The notes under the pieces were generated by a model that saw nothing but the letters and a program-made list of their open reading frames with translations, had not been told where the DNA came from and did not search any database. A stretch of 64,000 nucleotides of DNA from an uncultured Gammaproteobacteria bacterium. GTDB taxonomy: Bacteria; Patescibacteriota; Patescibacteriia; Magasanikbacterales; UBA922. Positions 36,892 through 46,275 of this stretch are shown piece after piece; within the stretch, counting starts at the first letter, position 1, and each line of letters opens with the position of its first letter. The translations under genes and the position numbers were made by a program. The DNA lies in NCBI GenBank assembly GCA_964345045.1, contig CAYFPM010000001.1, positions 108,215 to 172,214 on the forward strand, in the 5' to 3' direction.

Positions 36892-37911
36892 CTATTTGTG
36901 GAATACCACACCCTCTGAGCCGAGGGAGAAGACGATTCCTCGTCCACTCTCTACCATGGCCATATAGCATCTCTGATTGGCCTTGAGCTTGTCGCTGCAA
37001 TAACTCGCGGTCACTTGACCTAGGTGGTAGAGCTGCTCCTCGCCAAAGGCGCGCAGAGGCTGGTGGTTGTAGGTCGCGTAGGCCAGGTTCCGGCGCTCGC
37101 CGTTGACCGGACGGATGTAGAACCCAAGCTGTACGGTAGGGTCTGCCATCATTTGACCCAAGAGCTTGCGTTCACTACGGTTCAGCCTAGCGGCTCGAGA
37201 CCTCAGGACTAGTTCTGTTGCGATCTTTTCCAGCAGATCCCAGCGAGCGTGGGCCATCTTCTCGAGTGCCTCCAAGGCCTTTTGTGATCCATCCTTGTAG
37301 GGGGTCTCTACCTTGAAGGTGATGACTCGGAGATCTCCGTTGAACATCCTGTTGAAGTAGGCCAATAGGACCTCGACCTGGGGCTCGGTGCGAGTCGCCC
37401 TGTACACTGGAGCCAGGAGACCTGTTCTCTCCATGGGGCCAGCGATAGTGACTTCGAATTGGTTTAACCCGACATGCCGGATGCCCTGAACGTGCCACTG
37501 GTGCAGCTTGGGTTTGCCTGCATCTCGTGCAGCTGCCAGGCGTTGCATCTCAGCTTGGGCGTGCTGAAAGTGGTGGCGCCAGGCCTGCTCAGCATCCTCC
37601 ATCTTTGCAAAGGGTGCCTTGAAGGTGATGCCCTGGAGATCTTCGAACCTATCGACACCGTGAAACGGCATGATCGTGAGGTTGAAGTAGCTCCTACAGA
37701 TCAGAGCAGGCGCTCTTGGGTCGGTGACTGGCTTGATCAAGAGACATTGGCTAAGCCGTGCCCCTCTGTAGTTCGGGGTGTAGCTGGTGGTGTGGATCAC
37801 CTTCCAGGTGTGAAGCTTGGGCGGCTTTTTGGCCTCGGCTTCTGGGGTGGTCAGCAGGTTGAAGACAGCCGCCACAACCAGAATCAAAAGAGCGGTTAGA
37901 GTTCGACGCAT
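36892..37911 (-). CDS. GC-rich secreted hypothetical protein with internal tandem duplication
   Basis: The start was chosen at MRRTL.. (signal peptide) with GGGAGG RBS. Two homologous halves (KPPKLHTWKV...FKAPFAKMEDAEQAWRHHFQ and KPKLHQWHVQ...FKVETPYKDGSQKALEALEK). About 58% GC. Confidence 0.6.
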   Translation of the reverse strand: MRRTLTALLILVVAAVFNLLTTPEAEAKKPPKLHTWKVIHTTSYTPNYRGARLSQCLLIKPVTDPRAPALICRSYFNLTIMPFHGVDRFEDLQGITFKAPFAKMEDAEQAWRHHFQHAQAEMQRLAAARDAGKPKLHQWHVQGIRHVGLNQFEVTIAGPMERTGLLAPVYRATRTEPQVEVLLAYFNRMFNGDLRVITFKVETPYKDGSQKALEALEKMAHARWDLLEKIATELVLRSRAARLNRSERKLLGQMMADPTVQLGFYIRPVNGERRNLAYATYNHQPLRAFGEEQLYHLGQVTASYCSDKLKANQRCYMAMVESGRGIVFSLGSEGVVFHK

Positions 37912-38261
37912 GATTGATTCCTCCCTCATGCTGGATATGCATCTTGGCGATAAAACCTTGACGCGTTTTGGCGTGACTAGAAGACCCTCGTATAGTCCGA
38001 AGACAGAGGGGAAACAGCAGACCAAGATTGACCCACTATTTTCCAGCTGTTTTGGCTAAAAATAGGCAGATATTTGACTTGGCAGAATACCACATTGTTA
38101 CTAGCTTGTCAATATGACGTTCTCTCTCATTTCAAAGCACTTGACATAGTTTTTTGAGTCTGATAACTTAAAATTAATATGATTAAATTTGTTCAAACAA
38201 TTCAAAATCGTCGTAACAACTTCCTCTTTCGAGAGTAGGTTGTGTTGATATTTAAAATAAA

Positions 38262-38298
38262 TATAACCCCCTCTCGAAAGAGAGGGGGTTTTGTTTTG
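38262..38298. terminator. Strong GC hairpin (AACCCCCTCTCGAAAGAGAGGGGGTT) flanked by T-runs
   Basis: 11-bp perfect stem; possibly a bidirectional terminator. Confidence 0.5.
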
Positions 38299-38348
38299 CT
38301 GTGGGAGCAAAATTTGTACCTAACAAGATTAAAAAGGAGAATCGAAGG

Positions 38349-38705
38349 ATGAATGGAAACAAGTACGGATTTACCGTAGCTCTTGGCCGTTGCTGGAGCA
38401 ATCGTTTACCGGTAAAAGGTTGGAACCTAAGGTGCTCTGACTATGGAGAAATAGTTCATCATCATCTAAAAGTAAGGCGTGGTGAAGATGAAAGGCTGTT
38501 TGGTTTCTCCATAGAATCACAAGAATTCTTGATGGCTGTGCTACAAAAACTTCTCGAAAGGGATATTGCTGACGAGCAAGATGTGGCTCGGTTTGAAAAA
38601 AACGGTCTCGATTTGAAAAATCTTACAGAGAGGGAGAGAGTTCTTCTAAAAAACAGAAAGGAATTCGAGGCGTTGATTGAATTTATTGTTGGCATTAGCA
38701 AATAG
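38349..38705 (+). CDS. Hypothetical protein (AAAGGAG RBS; intermediate GC), adjacent to a GC-rich island
   Basis: Start at MNGNKYG with a strong SD. No known domain. Confidence 0.45.
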   Translation: MNGNKYGFTVALGRCWSNRLPVKGWNLRCSDYGEIVHHHLKVRRGEDERLFGFSIESQEFLMAVLQKLLERDIADEQDVARFEKNGLDLKNLTERERVLLKNRKEFEALIEFIVGISK

Positions 38706-38836
38706 TTGTTTTTCCCCCTTCACAAGTTAAGATCGGTCAGATTGTATTTGATATCTGACCGATCTCGCCTTCAATCTACTAGGCTTGCACAAGAGGCAAA
38801 AATTCTATAGTATAAAGACTAATCTTAGCTAAAAAT

Positions 38837-40135
38837 ATGACAAAAATACACATAAAGGATATAGCAAAATTTGTAGATGAGGAGGTTATCATTTCGGCTT
38901 GGCTCCATAATCATCGTTCTAGCGGTTCGATTGCTTTTTTGGAATTACGTGATGGATCTGGTTTTGTACAGGCGGTTGTGGCCAAGGATTCTGTTGGTGC
39001 AGAAGTTTGGGCTAATATAGAAAAATTAACCCAAGAAAGTTCTGTCAAAGTAACCGGAAAAGTTTCCAAACATCCCAAAAAAGAAGGAGTTTATGAATTG
39101 CAAGTTAGTGATTTGAACATAATTCATATAGCCGCCGAATATCCAATTGGGAACAAAGAGCATGGACCAGAATTTTTGCTAGACCAAAGACACTTGTGGC
39201 TTCGTGGCAAAAAGCAGTGGGCCATACTCCGTATTCGCGATACAGTTGAAACCGCTATCCATGATTACCTGCACCAAGAAGGCTTTATCCGTACCGATTC
39301 GCCAATTTTTACCCCAAATGCTTGCGAGGGGACTACCACACTTTTTCCTGTAGAATATTTTGACGAAGGTACAGCTTACTTGGCTCAAACTGGACAGCTT
39401 TATTTAGAAGCTGCTATCGCCAGCGTAGGACGTTGCTACGATTTTGGTCCGGTTTTCCGAAACGAAAAATCCAAAACCAAAAGACACTTGGCCGAGTTTT
39501 GGATGATGGATGCCGAAGCTGCTTTTGTAGAGCACAAAGAAAATTTAGATATTCAAGAAGGTTTAGTTAAATTTATTGTCAAAAGATGTTTGGAAAGATG
39601 CGAAGAAGAATTTAAGCTTTTGGGAAGAGACTTGGAAAAATTAAAACCAATTGTAGACGAGCCTTTTACTCGCTACAGCTACGAAGAGGCTATAAAAAAA
39701 TTAAAGGAACTTGGTTCAGATATTAAACATGGTGAAGATCTGGGGAATGATGACGAAGGCATGCTAACCAAAGATTCCAAAGTACCTATCTTTATCGATC
39801 GTTGGCCAAAAGAAATCAAACCTTTTTATATGAAACGTGATTCGGAAAATGAAAGTTTGGTATTAAACGCAGACCTAATTGCTACCGAAGGAGCTGGGGA
39901 AATTATTGGTGGCAGCCAGCGCGAAGAAGATTTGCAAATTTTGCAAGCAAGAATAAAAGAAGAAGGTTTACCAGAAGAAGATTATAATTGGTATTTGGAC
40001 ACTAGACGTTTTGGTACTGTCCCTCATTCTGGTTTTGGGATTGGTCTAGAGCGTATGGTGCGTTGGATGGCGGGTGTAGAACACATTCGCGAAACTATTC
40101 CATTTCCAAGACTTATCAACCGCATGAGACCATAG
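38837..40135 (+). CDS. asnS: Asparaginyl-tRNA synthetase
   Basis: Class II aaRS. FRNEKSKTKRHLAEFWMMDAEAAF motif 2 of AsnRS, GGSQRE, GFGIGLERMV. Confidence 0.85.
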   Translation: MTKIHIKDIAKFVDEEVIISAWLHNHRSSGSIAFLELRDGSGFVQAVVAKDSVGAEVWANIEKLTQESSVKVTGKVSKHPKKEGVYELQVSDLNIIHIAAEYPIGNKEHGPEFLLDQRHLWLRGKKQWAILRIRDTVETAIHDYLHQEGFIRTDSPIFTPNACEGTTTLFPVEYFDEGTAYLAQTGQLYLEAAIASVGRCYDFGPVFRNEKSKTKRHLAEFWMMDAEAAFVEHKENLDIQEGLVKFIVKRCLERCEEEFKLLGRDLEKLKPIVDEPFTRYSYEEAIKKLKELGSDIKHGEDLGNDDEGMLTKDSKVPIFIDRWPKEIKPFYMKRDSENESLVLNADLIATEGAGEIIGGSQREEDLQILQARIKEEGLPEEDYNWYLDTRRFGTVPHSGFGIGLERMVRWMAGVEHIRETIPFPRLINRMRP

Positions 40136-40136
40136 A

Positions 40137-41213
40137 ATGAAAAAAAAGAAAAAACAAATAAGAGAATTACCAGAAATGTTTTTAGAAAGACTCACAGATA
40201 TGGTGGGTCCTTCTTTGTTTCGACAAGTAAAAGAAACTTTTGTAGAACGGCCAACTACTTTTCGAGTTAATACATTGAAACATTCAAACATACAAACATT
40301 AAAACATGGCTTAGAAAGTCAAGGTTTTAAAATTAGACAAATACCTTGGTACAAGTCAGCGTTTGTTTTATTGAACAAAAGTAAACGAGATCTAACCAAA
40401 ACAGAAGAATACAAAGAAGGTAAGATTTATATTCAGAGTCTGGCGAGTATGGTGCCGCCTATAATTCTTGATCCAAAACCAGGAGATACTGTTTTAGATT
40501 TGACGGCGGCTCCTGGTAGCAAAACTAGCCAGATAGCCGCTCTTATGAATAAAGAAGGTGAATTGGTGGCCAATGATATTAACAAAGTACGTTTTTTTAA
40601 GCTAAAGGCGAATATGGAGAATTTGGGTGTGTCTGACAACTTCTCACCCTATCAGGGGGAGTTAGAGGGGGTCGATCAAAAAAATGAAAGTATTTCTGGG
40701 GATGGACCCCACCCGGCCTCCCCTAATAGGGGAGGAGATTGGGAGTTTACCCTGCGGATGGAGGATGGGGTGAAGCTGTGCAAAGAATATAGTGAGCCTT
40801 ATTTTGATAAAATTTTGTTAGATGCGGTGTGTAGTTCGGAAGCCAGATTTGTAGAGGGTAATCCAAAAACATATGGTTATTGGAAACCGCAAAAAGTAAA
40901 ACAAATGGCTTACATGCAACAAAAATTGTTACTAGCTGCTTGGAATGTGCTAAAGCCTGATGGAGAATTAGTTTATTCTACCTGTACCTGGGCACCAGAA
41001 GAAAATGAATCTAGGATTTCCAAACTTTTGGAAATTCATAGTGATGCCAAAGTAGAAAAAGTTGAAATTAAAGAATTAAAAAAATTACCAGCTGTAATGA
41101 AATGGAAAGATAGAAAGTTTGATAAGTCTGTAAAAGATACTTTAAGAATAATGCCAACCAAAGAAATAGAAGGATTTTTTGTAGCAAAAATTAAAAAGAA
41201 ACGTCTTGATTAA
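40137..41213 (+). CDS. RsmB/RsmF-family (NOL1/NOP2/Sun) RNA m5C methyltransferase carrying an in-frame CCCCT-hairpin repeat insertion (40688-40745)
   Basis: DLTAAPGSKTSQIA (SAM-binding), FDKILLDAVCSSEARF and STCTW catalytic Cys motifs. The inserted segment GDGPHPASPNRGGDWEF is encoded by CCTCCCCTAATAGGGGAGG. Confidence 0.75.
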   Translation: MKKKKKQIRELPEMFLERLTDMVGPSLFRQVKETFVERPTTFRVNTLKHSNIQTLKHGLESQGFKIRQIPWYKSAFVLLNKSKRDLTKTEEYKEGKIYIQSLASMVPPIILDPKPGDTVLDLTAAPGSKTSQIAALMNKEGELVANDINKVRFFKLKANMENLGVSDNFSPYQGELEGVDQKNESISGDGPHPASPNRGGDWEFTLRMEDGVKLCKEYSEPYFDKILLDAVCSSEARFVEGNPKTYGYWKPQKVKQMAYMQQKLLLAAWNVLKPDGELVYSTCTWAPEENESRISKLLEIHSDAKVEKVEIKELKKLPAVMKWKDRKFDKSVKDTLRIMPTKEIEGFFVAKIKKKRLD

Positions 41214-41237
41214 TAGAAGACTATTGTTATACTATAG

Positions 41238-41756
41238 TTGCCAAAAGAAAATACTATGAAACAAGCAGATTTTAAAAGAGCCGAAAAAATGGCCGAAGAA
41301 CTTTTGAAAAAGTACAGTATAGAAGATCCTGTTACTCCTGTTTTTGATATAGCCGAAAGTGAAGGACTGAAAGTAAAGGTAATAAAAATGCCAGAAAATC
41401 TTAAAGATTTGTCTGGATTTATAGATCCAGACAAAGGAGTGATATATGTAAACGCCGATGACTCTTCTAAAAGACAATTGTTTACAGTAGCACACGAGCT
41501 AGGCCACTACGCCCTAAAGCACGAACCAAACGACTACGGAGTTTTGCCAAGAAATACTACCGAACCTACTACTCCAGCCGAAAAAGAAGCCAATTGTTTT
41601 GCTGCCAATATTTTGGTTCCGTCAGTTCAGTTAAAAAGGTTTATGAAACAATACCGAGTTAGGAAAGGGGCTTTGTCTTCTTTGGATGTAGAGCTTTTGG
41701 CAGATATTTTTGGAGTATCCAATCAAATGATGCGTCATCGTTTAAATAAAATCTAA
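41238..41756 (+). CDS. ImmA/IrrE-family zinc metallopeptidase (COG2856-like)
   Basis: HELGHYALKHE (HExxH) with a conserved upstream block VTPVFDIAESEGLKV...YVNADDS. Confidence 0.65.
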   Translation: MPKENTMKQADFKRAEKMAEELLKKYSIEDPVTPVFDIAESEGLKVKVIKMPENLKDLSGFIDPDKGVIYVNADDSSKRQLFTVAHELGHYALKHEPNDYGVLPRNTTEPTTPAEKEANCFAANILVPSVQLKRFMKQYRVRKGALSSLDVELLADIFGVSNQMMRHRLNKI

Positions 41757-41761
41757 GGCTT

Positions 41762-42124
41762 ATGGAAAATAATCGTGTAAAGAGAGAAGCCTTGGAAACT
41801 GTAAGAAATTATAATTTTGAAGATGAGATTGAACAAAAAAAGGCTTATCAAGAATTAAAAAACAATAGTATAGAATCGCAAATAAAAGCGGATGAAAAAG
41901 TTGATCTTATTTTTATGCGTCGGATTTGGTCGAAGTATATTCTTATTTCGATTGTGGGTTTGATTATTTTTGATGTTTTTGTGGTTTTGGCGCTGGGGCT
42001 GCATTGGATATCTTTTGAGGCCAATTATTTGGTACCAGTTTTTATTGGGGAGAGTATGTTCAAAATGTTTGGTTTGGCGTGGATAGTGGTAAAGTTTTTA
42101 TTTCACAAAGATTCTTTGGTTTAG
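41762..42124 (+). CDS. Small membrane protein (2-3 TM), gene immediately 3' of the ImmA-like peptidase
   Basis: Soluble N-terminal about 60 aa, then hydrophobic helices. 6-nt intergenic gap. Confidence 0.45.
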   Translation: MENNRVKREALETVRNYNFEDEIEQKKAYQELKNNSIESQIKADEKVDLIFMRRIWSKYILISIVGLIIFDVFVVLALGLHWISFEANYLVPVFIGESMFKMFGLAWIVVKFLFHKDSLV

Positions 42125-42228
42125 TTTAAGTATTTTTTCAAAAGTTATTTTCTATCAAGTTTAATACTTGATTTTTTTTTAATCTTGTGCTTATATAGGT
42201 GGGCTTAGCTGTAAAAAGGAGGAAGCAG

Positions 42229-42690
42229 ATGAGCCAGCCGAGTATCAATCTTGGAGCTTTTGGAGGAGGAAGAGAGCAAGATCTAGCCAGGATATTGGTA
42301 AAGATGGAGCCCAGCTATGATTTGTTGATGGCCTTGGCACACGAATTGGATGTGACCAGGCCGGAGGCTACTCGTAGGTGGCAGCAGCTCTTGTACTATC
42401 TGGTGACTTTGTTTTACATGCGGTATGTAATCGATCGTATCGACTATACCGAAAAGTTCACGCAGCTGCCCAGCACTTTCGCGCCCATGTGGAAACTTTT
42501 TTGTGATGCGAGTAGTGAAGGGGTTCGCCTTTTCGAGGGCAATTATTTCCCCGGCTGGAACTGGCAGTGGCGTGAGTCGGGAGAGTACGAACCTTGTGAG
42601 AGGATCGATGCTGAGTTCGTAGCCATAGTTGTAGATGTGGCAGAGGATTTACTAGGTATCCCCGTCGACAGAGAGCTCTGGCAGCTATAG
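42229..42690 (+). CDS. Hypothetical protein (about 50% GC, AAAGGAGGAAG RBS); island gene
   Basis: The start was chosen at MSQPS with a strong SD. W-rich, no known domain. Confidence 0.45.
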   Translation: MSQPSINLGAFGGGREQDLARILVKMEPSYDLLMALAHELDVTRPEATRRWQQLLYYLVTLFYMRYVIDRIDYTEKFTQLPSTFAPMWKLFCDASSEGVRLFEGNYFPGWNWQWRESGEYEPCERIDAEFVAIVVDVAEDLLGIPVDRELWQL

Positions 42691-42794
42691 CCAGCCCAAC
42701 AACCGATCTCGACTGAGAAGCGAAAGTACTAGCATTTCGCGATCGGACAATTCAAATTTTAGAGGCACCTGTTGGTTTTGGATTATAAACATAC

Positions 42795-42875
42795 CAGGTA
42801 GTCCTACTTTATTGCTGTGGAATGAAGCTCTCTTCGCTCTCGCAAACGTCCTCGCGGCGAAAGTAGGACTACCTG
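42795..42875. repeat. Long hairpin: perfect 16-bp stem (CAGGTAGTCCTACTTT/AAAGTAGGACTACCTG) enclosing a 50-nt GC-rich loop
   Basis: The inverted repeat is read directly from the sequence. Confidence 0.7.
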
Positions 42876-42996
42876 TGTTATAACTTACTTAATCCAAAGT
42901 CTGTTAGCAGGTGTTTTTTATTTTACTAATCCTTAGAAATTATGCTATAATTTACAAACTTCAATAATCAAAAAAATAGCTAAAATTAGCCAAAAT

Positions 42997-44763
42997 ATGT
43001 ACAGAACACATACCTGTGGACAACTAACCGAAAAAGAAGAAGGGAAAGAAGTAACCCTGTCTGGCTGGGTACACAAACGCCGTGATTTGGGTGGTCTTAT
43101 TTTTGCCGATTTGCGCGATAGATATGGCATAACCCAAGTCGTATTCCACCCAGATACTACCAGCAATTTTGCTATAGCAGAAAGTTTAAAATACGAACAC
43201 ATAATCAGAGTCACTGGCGAAGTAGTAAAAAGAGATGAAAAGTCTGTAAACAAAGATTTAAAAACAGGGCAGATAGAATTGAAAGTGAAAGAAGTAGAGA
43301 TCCTCAGTGAAACCAAACCCATGCCGTTTGAAATTTTTGATGCTAGAAAAGAGGAAGAAGACGAGGAGCTTAGATTAAAATATAGATTTTTGGAATTACG
43401 CCGTGAGAAATTGAAAAATAATATTTTGTTTCGCGCCAAAGTAGTCAAATATATTCGAGAGTACATGGACAGTCGCGATTTTGTTCATATTGATACGCCA
43501 ATTTTAACAGTATCTTCGCCAGAAGGAGCTCGCGATTTTTTAGTGCCAAGTCGGCTTCATCCTGGCAAGTTTTACGCTCTGCCCCAAGCCCCACAACAGT
43601 ACAAACAACTTCTTATGGTTGCCGGTTTTGACCGCTACTACCAAATTGCTCCGTGCAATCGCGACGAAGACCCCAGAGCCGACCGCGCCCCGGGTGAGTT
43701 TTACCAACTAGATTGCGAAACTAGTTTTATGACCTCGGCAGAATTTTTTGATCTCATGGAACCGCTTTTTGTAGAACTAACCGAAAAAGTAGCTAATAAA
43801 AAAGTAAAACAAAAACCATTTCCAAGAATTCCTTTTCGAGAATGTATGGAAACCTATGGTAGCGACAGACCAGACTTACGTTTTGAATTACCAATAAAAG
43901 AAATTACAAACTGGGCCAAGACCACAGATTTTAAAGTATTTGCCGAAGCCGAGTATGTACGAGCTTTGGTAGTACCTGGTGGATCTGAGTTTAGCCGCAA
44001 AGATATAGACGGAGAATTTACCGATGCAGCCAAACGAGCTCATGCCAAAGGATTAGCTTGGATGAAATACGTAGATGGCGCTTACGAAGGTGGTGTGAGT
44101 AAATTTTTTAACGAAGCCCAATTGGAAGAGTTGGGAAAAATTCTCAAACCAAAGTCTGGCAGTATTATATTTTTTGGAGCAGACAACTGGGAAATTTCTG
44201 CCAAAGCTTTGGGAGCCGTGCGTCAATTAGCTGGAGAAAAATTGGATTTAGCTGACCCCAATGAAATCGCTTGGGCTTGGATAGTAGATTTCCCAATGTT
44301 TGAATGGGATGAAAAAAACAACAAAGTAGATTTTGGCCACAATCCTTTTTCTATGCCACAAGGTGGATTGGACGCTTTGGAAAATCAAGATCCATTAGAA
44401 ATTTTGGCAGACCAATACGATATTATTGCCAATGGTTTTGAACTTTCTTCTGGAGCAGTAAGAAACAAAGATCCAAAAGTGATGTACAAGGCTTTTGAAA
44501 TTGCTGGCTACACCAAAGAAGATGTCGACAAAAAGTTTGGCCATATGATAAAGGCGTTTGAATTTGGTGCTCCTCCTCACTGCGGTTTTGCGCCTGGGAT
44601 TGAACGTTTGGTTATGGTACTTTTGGGAGAGAAGAATATTCGTACCGTGGTACCATTTCCAAAAAACCAAAAAGCCGAAGAGCCAATGATGGGTAGCCCA
44701 GCCGAAGTAAGTGCAGAGCAATTGAAAGAATTAGGGATAAAGTTGGATATACAAAAATCATAA
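42997..44763 (+). CDS. aspS: Aspartyl-tRNA synthetase
   Basis: Anticodon-binding OB N-terminus. APCNRDEDPRADRAPGEFYQLDCE motif 2. GAPPHCGFAPGIERLVM motif 3. Confidence 0.9.
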   Translation: MYRTHTCGQLTEKEEGKEVTLSGWVHKRRDLGGLIFADLRDRYGITQVVFHPDTTSNFAIAESLKYEHIIRVTGEVVKRDEKSVNKDLKTGQIELKVKEVEILSETKPMPFEIFDARKEEEDEELRLKYRFLELRREKLKNNILFRAKVVKYIREYMDSRDFVHIDTPILTVSSPEGARDFLVPSRLHPGKFYALPQAPQQYKQLLMVAGFDRYYQIAPCNRDEDPRADRAPGEFYQLDCETSFMTSAEFFDLMEPLFVELTEKVANKKVKQKPFPRIPFRECMETYGSDRPDLRFELPIKEITNWAKTTDFKVFAEAEYVRALVVPGGSEFSRKDIDGEFTDAAKRAHAKGLAWMKYVDGAYEGGVSKFFNEAQLEELGKILKPKSGSIIFFGADNWEISAKALGAVRQLAGEKLDLADPNEIAWAWIVDFPMFEWDEKNNKVDFGHNPFSMPQGGLDALENQDPLEILADQYDIIANGFELSSGAVRNKDPKVMYKAFEIAGYTKEDVDKKFGHMIKAFEFGAPPHCGFAPGIERLVMVLLGEKNIRTVVPFPKNQKAEEPMMGSPAEVSAEQLKELGIKLDIQKS

Positions 44764-44767
44764 AATA

Positions 44768-44822
44768 TATAACACGTAACAAGTAACATTTGTTATATGT
44801 TTTATGTTACAGGTTACATGCT
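44768..44822. repeat. Palindromic GTTACAGGTTACATG-type element (related copy at 1015-1050)
   Basis: ACACGTAACAAGTAACAT...ATGTTACAGGTTACATG. TGTTACAGGCTACATGCT occurs at 1033-1050. Confidence 0.55.
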
Positions 44823-45539
44823 ATGAAATTAGAATTAGAAAAATTTTCCGGGCCTTTGGAGTTATTATTAGAATTACTGCAGGGGCAAAAATTAACGATT
44901 ACAGAATTAAATCTAAGTGAAGTAACTGAGCAATTTTTGAATTTTTTAGATAAATTGGAAGATGATCCCTTAGATCATAGCCAAGATGGTCAAAATAGGG
45001 CAGACAAATTGGCTGATTTTTTGGTAGTTGGTTCTCGATTGCTTCTCTTAAAATCAAAAGCCTTGCTCCCACAGTTTGCACCAGAAGAAGACGAAGGCCC
45101 GAGTTTAGAGGATCAGCTAAGGCTTTATAAAAAATTTGTAGAGGCAAGCAAAGAGCTAAATAAAAAATGGCTAAAAGAGAATAGAAGCTATTTTAGAATA
45201 GAACCTCCGAGAAAAATGACCGAGTTTACTGCTCCGGGTAATTTGAACAAAGACGCAATTTGCACCAGTATGGTACAATTGGTAAACCGCTTGAAACCGG
45301 TAAAAGAATTACCTACCACCAAAATAGACAAAACCATTTCTATAAAACAAAAGATAGATAACATTAGAAATTTTTTGAAGAAAAGAGAAAAAATGAGTTT
45401 TTTGGAAGTGGTAGAAAGTTCTAAAAATAAGACAGATGTGATTACAAGTTTTTTGGCGGTTTTAGAACTTGTAAAACAGAGAACCGTTTATTTACAGCAA
45501 GAAGATAATTTTAGTGATATATTGATTGAGAGAGCATAA
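44823..45539 (+). CDS. scpA: Segregation and condensation protein A
   Basis: LELEKFSGPLELLLELLQGQKLTITELNLSEVTEQFL. Confidence 0.75.
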   Translation: MKLELEKFSGPLELLLELLQGQKLTITELNLSEVTEQFLNFLDKLEDDPLDHSQDGQNRADKLADFLVVGSRLLLLKSKALLPQFAPEEDEGPSLEDQLRLYKKFVEASKELNKKWLKENRSYFRIEPPRKMTEFTAPGNLNKDAICTSMVQLVNRLKPVKELPTTKIDKTISIKQKIDNIRNFLKKREKMSFLEVVESSKNKTDVITSFLAVLELVKQRTVYLQQEDNFSDILIERA

Positions 45540-45544
45540 AATTT

Positions 45545-45700
45545 GGAAAACAGTAATCCATACCTTAAAATCTAATACTGTCATTGCGAATTTGGCGATA
45601 GCCAGATGAAGCAATCTCACACTTAACTTAATTACTGTGGTGTGAGATTGCCACCCTTCGATTTCGCTCAGGGCAAGCTCGGGCACAACGCTCCTCGCAA
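45545..45700. repeat. MITE-like structured element, second copy of the TGTCATTGCGA...TCGCAATGACAG family
   Basis: ACTGTCATTGCGAATTTGG ... CTCCTCGCAATGACAGTTG termini. Internal GTGTGAGATTG/CAATCTCACAC inverted repeat. Confidence 0.65.
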
Positions 45701-45727
45701 TGACAGTTGTGGTTAATTTATTTAAAT

Positions 45728-46270
45728 ATGAGTTTGAATTCTAAAATTGAATCAATTTTATTTGTAGCTTCTAAACCTTTGGCTATTGGAAAAATTGCCA
45801 AAGCACTTGTCAAAAACGAGGCTGAAGTAGAAGAAGCGATTGAAAATTTGATTTTGAAATATAATGGAGACAATTCGGGTATTCATATTTTGAAAGAAGG
45901 CAAAGAAGTGCAAATGACTACAAATGCAAACAATGCCGAAATTGTAGAAGGCTTTGTAAAAAGTGAAGTGTCTGGAGAATTGACCAAAGCACAACTAGAA
46001 ACATTGACTGTGATTGCTTATAGGGCACCTATTACTAGACCAGAATTAGAACAAATTCGTGGAGTAAATTGTTCACTTATAATTAGAAATTTGTTGGTCA
46101 GAGGGTTGATTACCGAGACAGAAGATGCTGATAAATTTGGTATGGTTTATAGTTTGTCTATGAATGCTTTGGCTCATCTAGGCATTACAGACAAAAATGA
46201 ATTACCAAACTTTGAAGAATTAAGTAAACATGAACACATAGAAAATACTATTAACGAAGGAGTGGAGTAA
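45728..46270 (+). CDS. scpB: Segregation and condensation protein B
   Basis: IESILFVASKPL...LTVIAYRAPITRPELEQIRGVNCSLIIRNLLVRGLI (winged helix). Confidence 0.8.
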   Translation: MSLNSKIESILFVASKPLAIGKIAKALVKNEAEVEEAIENLILKYNGDNSGIHILKEGKEVQMTTNANNAEIVEGFVKSEVSGELTKAQLETLTVIAYRAPITRPELEQIRGVNCSLIIRNLLVRGLITETEDADKFGMVYSLSMNALAHLGITDKNELPNFEELSKHEHIENTINEGVE

Positions 46271-46275
46271 AAATT

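Noticed and set aside
38101-38310. 69-aa minus-strand ORF between island gene and terminator hairpin
   Set aside because: AT-rich with no RBS. It overlaps the strong palindromic hairpin, so is more likely non-coding.
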